Below, one piece after another: positions 39,391-49,439 of a stretch of 64,000 nucleotides of DNA. Numbering within the stretch: the first letter of the stretch is position 1; each line of letters opens with the position of its first letter. The position numbers and the translations under genes are program-made. Source of the stretch: Thermodesulfobacteriota bacterium (lineage in GTDB: Bacteria; Desulfobacterota; Binatia; Bin18); assembly GCA_964291405.2 (NCBI GenBank), contig OZ219926.1:2976001-3040000 (forward strand), written 5' to 3'. The notes under the pieces are model-generated. The model saw only the letters and a list, made by a program, of their open reading frames with translations. It ran no database searches and was not told the origin of the DNA.

Positions 39391-39401
39391 ACACGCGCCC
39401 A

Positions 39402-39680
39402 GCGAGTCACCCAAACGAAGATCGACAAGCAGCCGGTGTTCATCCTGGGATTTGCCCGTAGCGGTACGGACGCATTGCGCTGCACGGAACCTCGGTTGCA
39501 ACCGAGGTGTTGACGATCAGGGCGCTGCCGTGCCCGCCGACCGTTTACCAGGGACGGTCTCGGACCTTTCAGGAACGAGGGCCTGTACCCGACCTTCGTT
39601 CCTGATCGGACCGCGGGAGAATCCACCACGCTCCGCCCTTGGCTGAAACGTTCATCCAGATGGCCAAGTCCCATGCCGGC
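39402..39680 (+). pseudogene. Sulfotransferase remnant (duplicate of the region starting at 40569)
   Basis: 63 bp identical to 40569-40631, encoding PVFILGFARSG, followed by degraded similarity. Confidence 0.65.
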
Positions 39681-40403
39681 CACAAGGCCTGACGGGTGGT
39701 TCTATCAACTCCCTGTCGAACCGGAACCGCCTTGCGACCTTGGTAGTGTCTCCCTGTGAAACTTCTGACCAGTCGAAAGACGGAGGCAGTCCGCCCTCTC
39801 CCAATACCTCAGTGCATCGTTTCTCCTCTCGGCTCCCGGACACCGCGCTGACGCATGTCCAGAGGACCGTCCACCCCCTAACACGGCTCCCCACCGGTTG
39901 TCCCTAGTAATTTATGAGGAAAATTATGAGGGATGGTGGCCCCGCTCCGACTTGGCCCCAGGCCGAGGGGTGCCCGGCGGGAACAAGACGGCCCGGTCGC
40001 CGCAGGCCCGGAGACGGGAGGGAAGGGCGGACCGACCGCGCAGAAGAACACATGGCAAACGGAGACACTACCCGAACCTTCCGATTGCACCCGGATGCCT
40101 AGAAAGGCTCTCCGGCGGGTCTGGGCGACCCTGTTAGCACTAGAATGCGTACCACGTGTATGATAACCATAATACGTACCGTATGTATGATAGTAGCGCA
40201 AGGGAGAGGGGCAGTAGCGCAAGCTGTCCCAGGACCGGTTGAAAGGAGAAGGCATGGCCAACCACGATATCAAGGACGCCGTTCGGAAGATTGAGTGTCC
40301 GGTATTTGAGAACCCGGCATTCACTACACCCCCCACTGAAAGAGGCTGAGGTGCGGCGTGATCTGTGGTTTTTCTGCTGCCCACGGACGGCAGGCAGTGA
40401 CTC

Positions 40404-41141
40404 ATGTCTGACACTGAAATTTCCCAACACCCCTCTATTATGGCTCCTCCGGGGACGTGGCTCCGCCTTTTATGGGAAAATGGCGGTGTAGCCCCAGCCT
40501 ACTGGGGAAAGTGGCCCGCATTCTGCTGGAAGCCCCCTGCGCCTCGCCGAGTGGGTACGCTATGGCCGGCGAGTCACCCAAACGAAGATCGACAAGCAGC
40601 CGGTGTTCATCCTGGGATTTGCCCGTAGCGGCACGACGCATTTGCAACCTGTTACAGCGACGGTACGGGACGGTCTCGACCTTTCAGGCGGCCGTACCGA
40701 CCTTCTTCCTGATCGGACGCGGCTGGCTGAAACGCCAGATGGCAAAGGCCGTGCCGGCTACCAGACCCATGGACAATGTCCTCCCTTGATACGCCAGTCG
40801 AGGAGGAAGCCGCAGTCAGCAATAGCTGCCCTTTCCCTCCTCCATCATCTGTCGTTTTCACGCTGGGACAAATACCTCACGATGCAGGAGCTGACGCCGC
40901 AAGAACTGGCTCGCTGGGAACAGGTCTATCTGGAGTCCTGCGCAAAGCGACCCTTGATAACGGCGGTCGGCCTCTGGTTCTGAAGAGTCCGAACAATACC
41001 GGCCGGATTCCGCACCTGCTGCGCCTCTTCCCCGAGGCGAAATTCGTCCACATCGTCCGCAATCCGTATGTCGTGTACCAATCGTGCGCCATATGTATCG
41101 TAAAACGCTCCCCCTGTTTCAGCTCCAGGATATGGCTATAG
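40404..41141 (+). pseudogene. Frameshifted sulfotransferase (Stf0/Stf3-like)
   Basis: PAPS loop FILGFARSGTTHL and LVLKSPNNTGRI...FPEAKFVHIVRNPY lie in different frames. Confidence 0.8.
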
Positions 41142-41381
41142 AAGATGAGCATATTCTGACACAGGATACCATGCAGCACTATGGAGGATCGGTCATTGAT
41201 TCCACAGGAGAAGAACGAAGCTGAACAGCGGTCGCTAGTTGAACTGCCTCTACGCCGAGTTGGCAGCTCTATCAGCGGATACCCTCTCCGGCTACAGAAG
41301 ACCGCTTCTCCTGGAAGACGCATATTGGCAATTCGCCTTGGATCTCTGCCTACCACAGGGATCCGATACCGAATTAAGACC

Positions 41382-41733
41382 ATGCTGCGATTTTCCGAAG
41401 AAATCATTTTACTGCCGCTCCCGAGGGGAGATGTCATCCTGGCTGGTGCCATTTGGCCCTCGAAGGCCGCATTGATACCGACCTCACCCAGCTCCGTGGT
41501 TGATGCGACGCCACTCGACGACGACTTGCTTGATCCGACGCTGGCCGACATCGCCCAATCATCCGAGACGCGCGCCGTCAGTTTTTGGTTGACCACCACC
41601 GCGAAGCGGGGGAACGAGATTCGCGACCGGACGATCGCCCGCCTGGTCACTCGCGGTATTTCGAAGCTGAGGGCGACGCCCTGATCTTCTTGACGCGGGC
41701 GGTGTCCCGCTCCCGCCACTATCCGAGCATTGA
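41382..41733 (+). pseudogene. GPP34/GOLPH3-family domain remnant
   Basis: MLRFSEEIILL...DATPLDDDLLDPTLADI...IRDRTIARLVTRGI, then a frameshift continuing EAEGDALIFLTRAVSRSRHYP. Confidence 0.6.
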
Positions 41734-43148
41734 TCCTTGCCTTTCTCATACATGCCTCCGGTACGAATAGGTACAGCACATTAGGTCCGGGAACTGGAGC
41801 CGTCCGCGACACCGCCGGTCGCGGCCCGGCCAGCCCAGGAGATACCCCAGGCCCCAGGACTGCCTGTGGTGCCTTTAGCTTATTGCCTAATTTCCTTGCC
41901 TTTCTCATACAACAATACCGCACATTAGGTCCGATCTTTCGTATCCGGGCCTTTCATCATCGCTTTATTGTTATGGTCGGCCCGGAGGCCAATCGTTTCC
42001 TGGCGCGAGACACGCGGCATTTTCGCAGTGCTGAACCCTGGTTGGATTTCCTGGCAGCCATGGGCGATACGCATATGGCCATTAGTATGGATGGTCACGA
42101 ACACGTCCGTATGCGCCGGGCGCATGTGGATTACTATTCGCGTAAGGTGATTGAAAACCGCGTAGACGAGGCGGTTCACGTTGTGCGCAACGAGATAGCA
42201 GAATGGCCGGTAGACACCGCAATTCCTGGTCAGTACGCCTGGCAGCGTATCGTGGCCACGCAACTGGGGAAGCTGATCACCAGCACGGAGCCGAGGGAAT
42301 ATTTAGATGACCTCCTCTTTTTCCTCGAAATGATGGTCAAGACCTCCGTCTCTCGACAACTTCCTCGGTGGGCGATATCCCTGCCTCGTTTTCGGCGGAC
42401 CCGCAAGCGGGTGGAGGAACTGGCTCGACAGATCGTGGCGGATCACGCGCTAGAGAACCGCCACTCCCGGCCTCCTGATCTCATTGACGAAATGCTGGAG
42501 TTGAATCGGACCGATCCCCACTTTATGCCCGAGACCAATTTCCTGCTCACTGTGCTGGAACCTCTCTTGGCCGGTCTCGACACCGCGTCCAATATCCTGG
42601 CCTTCATGTCATATGAGTTGTTGAAACACCCGGACCTGCTCGCACAGGTGACGGCAGAAGCTGACACGCTGTTTGAACGGGGATACCCGAGTCTGAAAGA
42701 CTTGCGTCAACTCGATGTCACCCACCGCGTAGCGCTGGAAACACTGCGCCGCTATCCCCTCGGGCCCGCGATGCCGCGGACCGTCGCCAACGCGTTCGAC
42801 TTTGGGGGTTATCATGTGCCGGCTGGTGAGCGGGTCTTAATAAGCTTCACGGCGACCCATCTGATGGAGGAGTATTTTCCTGAGCCGCACAGTTTCGATA
42901 TCGATCGCTACACACCGGAACGGGCCGAGCATCGGCAAGCCGGGGTATATGCGCCCTTCGGGGTTGGCACACACCAATGCTTGGGCCGCAGTCTGGCTGA
43001 AGTGCTGATCGCGCTCAATATCGCAACCCTGGTGCATGATACCGAACTCGTCCTGGACCCGCCCGATTACACCTTGAAGATCAAACACCTGCCCGTTGCC
43101 CACCCCGACCGCTCATTCAAATTCCGCCTGGTGCGCCGCCGTATATAG
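41730..43148 (+). CDS. Cytochrome P450 with scrambled N-terminus (probably the C-terminal half of a broken fusion)
   Basis: I-helix AGLDT, ETLR, FDIDRY, heme motif FGVGTHQCLG. Confidence 0.85.
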   Translation: MILAFLIHASGTNRYSTLGPGTGAVRDTAGRGPASPGDTPGPRTACGAFSLLPNFLAFLIQQYRTLGPIFRIRAFHHRFIVMVGPEANRFLARDTRHFRSAEPWLDFLAAMGDTHMAISMDGHEHVRMRRAHVDYYSRKVIENRVDEAVHVVRNEIAEWPVDTAIPGQYAWQRIVATQLGKLITSTEPREYLDDLLFFLEMMVKTSVSRQLPRWAISLPRFRRTRKRVEELARQIVADHALENRHSRPPDLIDEMLELNRTDPHFMPETNFLLTVLEPLLAGLDTASNILAFMSYELLKHPDLLAQVTAEADTLFERGYPSLKDLRQLDVTHRVALETLRRYPLGPAMPRTVANAFDFGGYHVPAGERVLISFTATHLMEEYFPEPHSFDIDRYTPERAEHRQAGVYAPFGVGTHQCLGRSLAEVLIALNIATLVHDTELVLDPPDYTLKIKHLPVAHPDRSFKFRLVRRRI

Positions 43149-43447
43149 CCATACCTCCTACCGCGAGACGCGCAGACCGGAGGCGGAAACAACTTTGAAT
43201 ATCCACATGCTTTCTGGTATAGCAGCCGGGGCACCACCGCCTCGAAAACCATATTCCGGCCGAAAGGGGAAGGCATGGCCGATCATACGCTCGCGGCCTG
43301 GACCGGGCTGCGCTGGTTTCGGGATTCTACCCAGGCCGGCAAAGTCATCCGAGCCGCGCAGCAAGCCATGAAAGACGCGGAGGTGCGGCATGATATATGG
43401 TTTTTTCTACTGCCCATGGACAGCATGCAGAGCTAAGGAGGAGAGCT

Positions 43448-43930
43448 ATGGCGTCTTTTTTATCAATGGATGATCCTCAATTCTGGAAGCAGTATCCGGA
43501 GGAACTGAAAGAATTGGTCGAGCTGCCCTTAGAGGGTGTCACCGGACTGGCCTATTTTTTACTCGGCGATAGGAAGGACAACCCGCCCACTGTGGTGACG
43601 CTGCGCATGGGTCCGAACTGGACCCTGCCGCGGCACGCCCACGACTGCCATCGGTTTGAGATTGTCGTGCAGGGCACGCTGGACGTGGGTGAGCGCATCC
43701 TCAAGCCCGGTGACGTGATGATGACGGAGCCGGGCGTGGCTTACGGTCCGCATATCGCCGGACCGGAGGGCTGCACCACGTTTGAGATTTTCAGCAACCA
43801 TCGGGGGTCCTACGTGACCCTGATAGACACCCCGGAGGGCCGGATCGAGTGTGATGTCTCCACCCGAGAAGGCATGCGGAAAATGGAACAGGCCATGCTG
43901 CGCGATATGGAGGCCAACGGGCAGGCGTGA
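43448..43930 (+). CDS. Cupin-domain protein
   Basis: LPRHAHDCHRFEIVVQG...PGVAYGPH; AGGAGG RBS. Confidence 0.8.
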   Translation: MASFLSMDDPQFWKQYPEELKELVELPLEGVTGLAYFLLGDRKDNPPTVVTLRMGPNWTLPRHAHDCHRFEIVVQGTLDVGERILKPGDVMMTEPGVAYGPHIAGPEGCTTFEIFSNHRGSYVTLIDTPEGRIECDVSTREGMRKMEQAMLRDMEANGQA

Positions 43931-43960
43931 TGTAACGCGGGTCCGGACGGCCTCTTGCGC

Positions 43961-45208
43961 ATGTCTCTTTTCCCTTCGCTCTTTTATGGCTGGGTCGTCA
44001 CCGCCTGTGCTTTCGTTGTCCTGTTCGTGACCTACGGGGTGCAGTACTCCTTTGGAGTGTTCCTGCCGGCCATGCTGGATGAACTGGGCTGGCAGCGCGC
44101 CAGCCTGGGTGGGGCGTTTTCGCTCTACACCATGGTCTATAGCGGCTGTAGCTGGATCAGCGGCCGGCTGACCGACACGGCCGGCCCCCGCTGGGTCGTC
44201 ACCGCCGGTGGGCTGTTGCTGGGCAGTGGCATTATCGCCACCAGCCAGATGTCGGCCCAGTGGCAGCTCTACCTGTGCTATGGGCTGATTGCCGCGCTGG
44301 GCATGAGTAGCGCCTATATTCCCTGCAATACGACGGTGGTCAAATGGTTCCAGCGCAAACGTGGCCTGGCCTTGGGATTGGCTGCCAGCGGCAGCAGTTG
44401 CGGCATCCTGCTCTGCCCCTGGTTGACTGCCCTGTGTATCGCGCGTTGGGGTTGGCGTCCGGTCTATTTTGCGTGCGGCCTCATCATCCTGGTCCTGCTT
44501 ATCGCCCTCGCGCGCTTTATGGTGCGCAACCCGGAACAACTCGGGTTGACGCCTGACGGCGAGCCTGTGGCCCAGAGCTCGGCGCCGCTGCCGGACAGTC
44601 AAACCGAGGCTTTCAAGAGTTGGACCCTCCCGGAAGCCTGGACCACCCTGTCGTTCTGGTTGTTCGGCTTCGCCCTGGTGGCCATGTTCCTGACCATCCC
44701 TGTGCCCTTCGTGCATATTGTGGCGTTTGCGCAAGACTTGGGGGTCTCGCATGCAGACGGAGCCCTGGCGGTGAGTATTATGGGGGTGAGCGCCTTACTG
44801 GGCAATCTCTGCCTGGGTCCGCTGTCGGATCGTATCGGGCGGAGGAGCGGCATGGCTGTGAGCCTGGGTGTCCACATCATGGCCTATCTCCTCTTTTCTT
44901 CGGCCCAGGGGCTCGGGGCGTTATACGCGGGTGCGGTCGCCTTTGGTTTTTTCTACGGCGGCCTGACCACGCTGCTGCCGGCCCTGGTTGGTGACTTCTT
45001 CGGCCGGTTGCACGCCGGGTCCATTACCGGGTTTTTATTTGCCTGGGCCGGGGTGCTTGGAGGCTGGGGACCGATGATTGCCGGCTATCTGCGGGATGTC
45101 AGCGGCAGCTATCAACCTGCCTTTCTCTACGGCGCGGCGACCGGAGGCCTCGCCCTGGTCCTCCTCCTTCTGACGCCACGACCGGCCGTTTCTCGTCGTG
45201 CAATATGA
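43961..45208 (+). CDS. MFS transporter (OFA/MCT-like)
   Basis: 12 TM pattern, GRLTDTAGPR, KWFQRKRGLA, LSDRIGRR. Confidence 0.92.
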   Translation: MSLFPSLFYGWVVTACAFVVLFVTYGVQYSFGVFLPAMLDELGWQRASLGGAFSLYTMVYSGCSWISGRLTDTAGPRWVVTAGGLLLGSGIIATSQMSAQWQLYLCYGLIAALGMSSAYIPCNTTVVKWFQRKRGLALGLAASGSSCGILLCPWLTALCIARWGWRPVYFACGLIILVLLIALARFMVRNPEQLGLTPDGEPVAQSSAPLPDSQTEAFKSWTLPEAWTTLSFWLFGFALVAMFLTIPVPFVHIVAFAQDLGVSHADGALAVSIMGVSALLGNLCLGPLSDRIGRRSGMAVSLGVHIMAYLLFSSAQGLGALYAGAVAFGFFYGGLTTLLPALVGDFFGRLHAGSITGFLFAWAGVLGGWGPMIAGYLRDVSGSYQPAFLYGAATGGLALVLLLLTPRPAVSRRAI

Positions 45209-45277
45209 ATACAGCAAAGCCGGTTGCCTGTCCTTGCTTCCCAGGCTAAGACCGAGCGATCACAAGAACCGAAAGGG

Positions 45278-45952
45278 ATGATGACCATGGTATCAGACAT
45301 CACGCTGCACTACTTCCACGGGAGAGGCATCGGCGAGCCGATCCGCCTGCTGTTCACCGCAGGCGAGATAGCATTTACGGACCGACGCTATACCGTAGAC
45401 GAATTCGCCAACATGGCGGCGTTCAAAGCACAGCTCCCCTTCGGACAAATGCCCGCCCTTGAAGTGGACGGCGTATTCCTCGGCCAGACTGACAGTATCG
45501 CCCGTCTTGCCGCGCGCCTGGCCGGCTTGTATCCGTCGGACCCGATTGAGGCGGCGCGCAGTGATATGATCGTCGTGCATCAAGCAGAAATCCAGTCCGC
45601 CCTCGCCAAGATGAGCTTCGAGGGTGTTCCCGGCACTCCGGGGGTGAAAATGGTTCCGCAGGAAGAGCGGCAGAAACGCATTGCTACGTGGATTGAGACC
45701 ACGCTGCCTGGCGCCCTGCTGCGCCTGGAAAAGCTCGTTCAGGAGGGCTGTATGGTGGGATCACAGCTCTCGTGGGCTGACATTTGTGTTTTCAATCGGC
45801 TCAACCAACTACTCGACATAGATGAAGCTGTGTTGCGCGCTGATTTCCCGAAACTCCAGGCGGTGTACGACAGGGTCGCGGCGTTGCCGCAAATCCGGGC
45901 ATGGATACAGGCGCACCAAGAGGACTATCCCAGATTCAGCGCGGGCGGCTAG
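45278..45952 (+). CDS. Glutathione S-transferase (sigma/alpha-like)
   Basis: LHYFHGRGIGEPIRL, LPFGQMPALEVDG, LSWADI. Confidence 0.9.
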   Translation: MMTMVSDITLHYFHGRGIGEPIRLLFTAGEIAFTDRRYTVDEFANMAAFKAQLPFGQMPALEVDGVFLGQTDSIARLAARLAGLYPSDPIEAARSDMIVVHQAEIQSALAKMSFEGVPGTPGVKMVPQEERQKRIATWIETTLPGALLRLEKLVQEGCMVGSQLSWADICVFNRLNQLLDIDEAVLRADFPKLQAVYDRVAALPQIRAWIQAHQEDYPRFSAGG

Positions 45953-46226
45953 AGAAAATTACGATGCTGTGTAAGCGCGTCTCTCTTCTCCTTGAGGAGT
46001 GCGGGCTTCCAGCCCGCAAGCGGCCAGGATGGCCGCCCTCCCAGGCAGCGGGAGGGCGAGCGGCCCGAGGCGGGGGCCGCCGGACCGGTCCCGAGAGGCT
46101 CACGACACAATATGCATCACACGTCCCAGGAGGAGAGCCACCCCCACCCAGGCCGCTGGGGGCAGGCCCTTGTCCTTCCCGACGAGCGCGGAATGGCACG
46201 ACTCCAGCCTATGGGAAAACGCTCTA
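45949..46226. mobile_element. MITE-like composite repeat between convergent genes
   Basis: Ends homologous to 19627..19894 (inverted); interior homologous to the 8341 and 20841 elements. Confidence 0.7.
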
Positions 46227-47525
46227 CCGAAACGGATACGGCAACAGATGCTCTTTGGCATTCAGGTCGTGGATGGAAGCACAGCCCAGGAGCCGCATGG
46301 TATCCTCAATTTCTTTTTTCAGGATGGCAAACGCCTTGCGAACTCCCGCTTCTCCACCCGCCCCAAGACCATACACATACGCCCGCCCGGCTAAGACCGC
46401 ATCCGCGCCGTGGGCTAAAGCAATGACGACATCTCCGCCGGAACGAATGCCGCCATCCAACAAGATGGTCATCGTGGAGTCCTTGAGTGCGGCTACGACG
46501 TCTTTCAGGATGTACAAGGTAGGGTAGACGCGGTCCATCTGGCGCCCGCCGTGGTTGGAGATGACAATGCCGTCCACGCCATGTTCGGCCGCCAGCCGGG
46601 CATCTTCGACACACTGCACGCCCTTCATGAGGATGGGCTTATCCGTCCCCCAGATTTCCCGAATCCAGGGCAGATGCTCCCAGGTGACAACCGAAGTGCG
46701 CAGTTGCGCCCCAACGTCCGCGTAGGGCATCGGCTGGCCGTCGTCCAGAATGACATTGCGGAACTGCATCATCCCGCCGTCCGCGTAAAAACTTTTCAGC
46801 CAGGAGAGATGGGGGATCATTTGCGGGCCAAATTTCAGTTTCTGGAATGGCGTGCCATTAATCGCCTGTGAGGCGCCCAACCATTCGTGCTGGGCGCGAT
46901 TCCCGGAGACCGCGGTGTCAATGGTCAGTACAAGCGCGGAATAGCCAGCGTTTTTTGCCCGTTCGATACTGCGGGCCGCGACGTCTTTCCCGCCAACGAG
47001 ATAGAGTTGATACCAACACGGTCCTGGCGAGGCGGCGCTGACTTCTTCCAGGTCAGTCCCCGTCAGTGTGGAGAGCGTGCCTATCGTCCCGGCTTCACCG
47101 ACCGCCTTGGCAGCGACGGCTTCGCCGCGGGGCCAGAGCATGCGGGGACTGCCTATCGGAGCGGCGATAACCGGCAGCGCAATGGGGTGTCCCAGGATTT
47201 CAGTCCGCATCTCTATTGCGTCAAGCCGGATCGCACTTCTCGGCTTAAAGCGTTCTCTCTGAAAGGCTTCGGCGTTATCCCTGAGCGTGATTTCGTTATC
47301 GGCACCGCCACGATAATACTCTCTCACAATCGGTGGCACGCGCTTCTCCATCACCCGCCGGAGATGGTCTATGGTGACGCATTTTTCGACCGCTCTGGCC
47401 CAGCGCTTCGCACTTCTGGCATGCGCGCGCCGGAGGTAGGGTTGCAGTAGCCGCAGCCCGGTACTGTGTTCATTGAGAGCGGGAGTGTGCTCGAGATTCC
47501 GTTCGAGAGTCTGCGGATGAGTCAT
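46224..47525 (-). CDS. FMN-dependent alpha-hydroxy acid dehydrogenase (LldD/MdlB family)
   Basis: GGADNEITL, WYQLY, LTID, KGV, SNHGGRQ, DGGIRSGGDV, GRAY. Confidence 0.93.
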   Translation of the reverse strand: MTHPQTLERNLEHTPALNEHSTGLRLLQPYLRRAHARSAKRWARAVEKCVTIDHLRRVMEKRVPPIVREYYRGGADNEITLRDNAEAFQRERFKPRSAIRLDAIEMRTEILGHPIALPVIAAPIGSPRMLWPRGEAVAAKAVGEAGTIGTLSTLTGTDLEEVSAASPGPCWYQLYLVGGKDVAARSIERAKNAGYSALVLTIDTAVSGNRAQHEWLGASQAINGTPFQKLKFGPQMIPHLSWLKSFYADGGMMQFRNVILDDGQPMPYADVGAQLRTSVVTWEHLPWIREIWGTDKPILMKGVQCVEDARLAAEHGVDGIVISNHGGRQMDRVYPTLYILKDVVAALKDSTMTILLDGGIRSGGDVVIALAHGADAVLAGRAYVYGLGAGGEAGVRKAFAILKKEIEDTMRLLGCASIHDLNAKEHLLPYPFR

Positions 47526-47666
47526 CGCTACGATATCCGACCTCCGGTCCTTATATAAATCCCTCTATTGCTGACGGTACTCAAGACTCGAGTATGGTAC
47601 AAGAGAGGCCCACCCCGGACCTACGATAATTGTACTCAACCTCTGGGAGCGCTGGAAGGAGATCAT

Positions 47667-48314
47667 ATGGTCGGTACCGTCCTTCTCGTAATTCACATCG
47701 CAGCAGGCTCGGTTGCGTTGCCGACGGCCATGATCGCGCTGATAACGGCCAAGGGCGGCACTCATCACATAAGAGCCGGGCGGGTCTATGCTATCGCAAT
47801 GACGGTGATCTTTATTACCGCGCTACCACTGGCGATACTCGGGTCCAACGTATTCCTGGCGCTGATCGCTCTATTCAGTTTCTATCTGGTATTTGCCGGA
47901 TGGCGCTTTGCCCGGAACAGACACGGGCACGCCCAGCCGATTGACTGGGCCGCGGTGGCAGTCATGGGGCTGACCGGGTTAGGGATGTGGGGCTACGGTG
48001 CTGTTCTTCTCTTGTCGGGTAGTGCTCAGTGGGTAACGATGGTGGTATTTGGGAGCATCGCGGTGGCGCTGAGTGCCGTCGATGCCCGTTTCCACACCGG
48101 TCGGCGAGCGTCCGGCAATCAGCGTATCGCCCGGCATCTCACGAATATGCTGGCGGGAACCATCGCAACCGTCACCGCGGTGTTAGTCGTCAACGTGGAG
48201 ACCGACCCCGTATGGCTGGCCTGGATCCTGCCCACCATTGTGATAACTCCACTGATAGTCTGGTGGAACGTGCGGATCGGGCGGGAGACGAAGAGACGGG
48301 AGACGCCAGGGTAA
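47667..48314 (+). CDS. DUF2306-like membrane protein
   Basis: HIAAG...KGGTHHIRAGRVY...HLTNMLAGTIATVTA; 7 TM segments. Confidence 0.75.
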   Translation: MVGTVLLVIHIAAGSVALPTAMIALITAKGGTHHIRAGRVYAIAMTVIFITALPLAILGSNVFLALIALFSFYLVFAGWRFARNRHGHAQPIDWAAVAVMGLTGLGMWGYGAVLLLSGSAQWVTMVVFGSIAVALSAVDARFHTGRRASGNQRIARHLTNMLAGTIATVTAVLVVNVETDPVWLAWILPTIVITPLIVWWNVRIGRETKRRETPG

Positions 48315-48372
48315 CGCAGGTGAGTGTAGCCGCAGGGATAGCAAAGATTTTGGACCATTTGTCATAGTGAGT

Positions 48373-49419
48373 CTATGCTGAGGCAGAGGCCGAGCCGAAC
48401 TGCGGCATAACCTGGCTGGCGAACAATTCCATTGAGCGTTCGGACTGGGCCTGGGTCAGACTGCCCCAGGCGAACGACACCAGAATATAATTGCAGCCGC
48501 TGGTCTCGAAGAAGCGGGCAATTTCGTCCTGCACCCGGCTGGGAGAGCCGACGAGGGCGACGTCCAGGCTGCGGGCGACCTGGACGTCGGGGGTGAACAG
48601 GGTGACGGCTACGCCGAAGTCGAGCCACAGCTTTTCGATATTGGCGTAGTAATCCTTATAGGCCGGTGTGGCGATGGCTTCGGCTTCCTGGTCCGTGTCC
48701 GCCACAAAGACATGGCGGAACGCACCCATTTTCGGCGTTTCGACCTGGGGGTTGAGGTTCAGCGGATTGTCCCGATTCTGTGACCACACCTCTTGGTACT
48801 GGGCGGTCAGTTCCTTGATCCCGCTGTTGGGTCCGCCGCTCGCCATATGCATGCCGCGCTCCGCGGCAAAGCGGAGGCTGCTCGGATTGATTACCCCGTA
48901 CCAGAACGGAGGGTTGGGCGTTTGCTTAGGATGCAATTCCATCGGGACATCGACACATTGGTAATACTTGCCTTCATAGGTGAGCCGCTCCTGGTGCAGG
49001 CCGGCGGTGACCATTTCCAGGGCTTCCTCGAACATCGCCCGCGAGTGCAAAAACGGCACCTCAAAATATGCCTGCTCAAACGGCGACACGCCGCGCCCGA
49101 CCCCGATTTCCAGGCGGCCGTTGCTCATATGGTCGAGCATGCAGATTTCACTGATCAGCCGTAGCGGATGATACAGCGGCAGCAGATACACCAGCGGCCC
49201 TAAACGAATACGCTTGGTATGTTGGATGGCCGCCGACAGGAAGACGCTCGGGGACGGGGCCATGCCTAGCGGTGTGGCATGGTGTTCGGCCAGGTGATAG
49301 CCGTAAAAACCGGCTTCGTCAGCCATCTTGAGGAGTCGCATGCGGCCCTCATACAACTCGCCCAGCGAGTCCGCCCTGCGCTCCAAGTGATCAAAGATGC
49401 CAAACGCAACATCACTCAT
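48373..49419 (-). CDS. LLM-class flavin-dependent oxidoreductase
   Basis: AEHHATP, LPLYHPLRL, SNGRLEIGVGRG. Confidence 0.92.
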   Translation of the reverse strand: MSDVAFGIFDHLERRADSLGELYEGRMRLLKMADEAGFYGYHLAEHHATPLGMAPSPSVFLSAAIQHTKRIRLGPLVYLLPLYHPLRLISEICMLDHMSNGRLEIGVGRGVSPFEQAYFEVPFLHSRAMFEEALEMVTAGLHQERLTYEGKYYQCVDVPMELHPKQTPNPPFWYGVINPSSLRFAAERGMHMASGGPNSGIKELTAQYQEVWSQNRDNPLNLNPQVETPKMGAFRHVFVADTDQEAEAIATPAYKDYYANIEKLWLDFGVAVTLFTPDVQVARSLDVALVGSPSRVQDEIARFFETSGCNYILVSFAWGSLTQAQSERSMELFASQVMPQFGSASASA

Positions 49420-49439
49420 ACCGTAGACCTTCTTGGGTC

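Noticed and set aside
40140-40350. AT-rich promoter-like patch and short ORF MANHDIKDAVRKIE...
   Set aside because: Too short and truncated to assign; probably a remnant.
3664-46226. CRISPR array
   Set aside because: The repeats are dispersed palindromes or 9-mers with no regular repeat-spacer units, and there are no cas genes.
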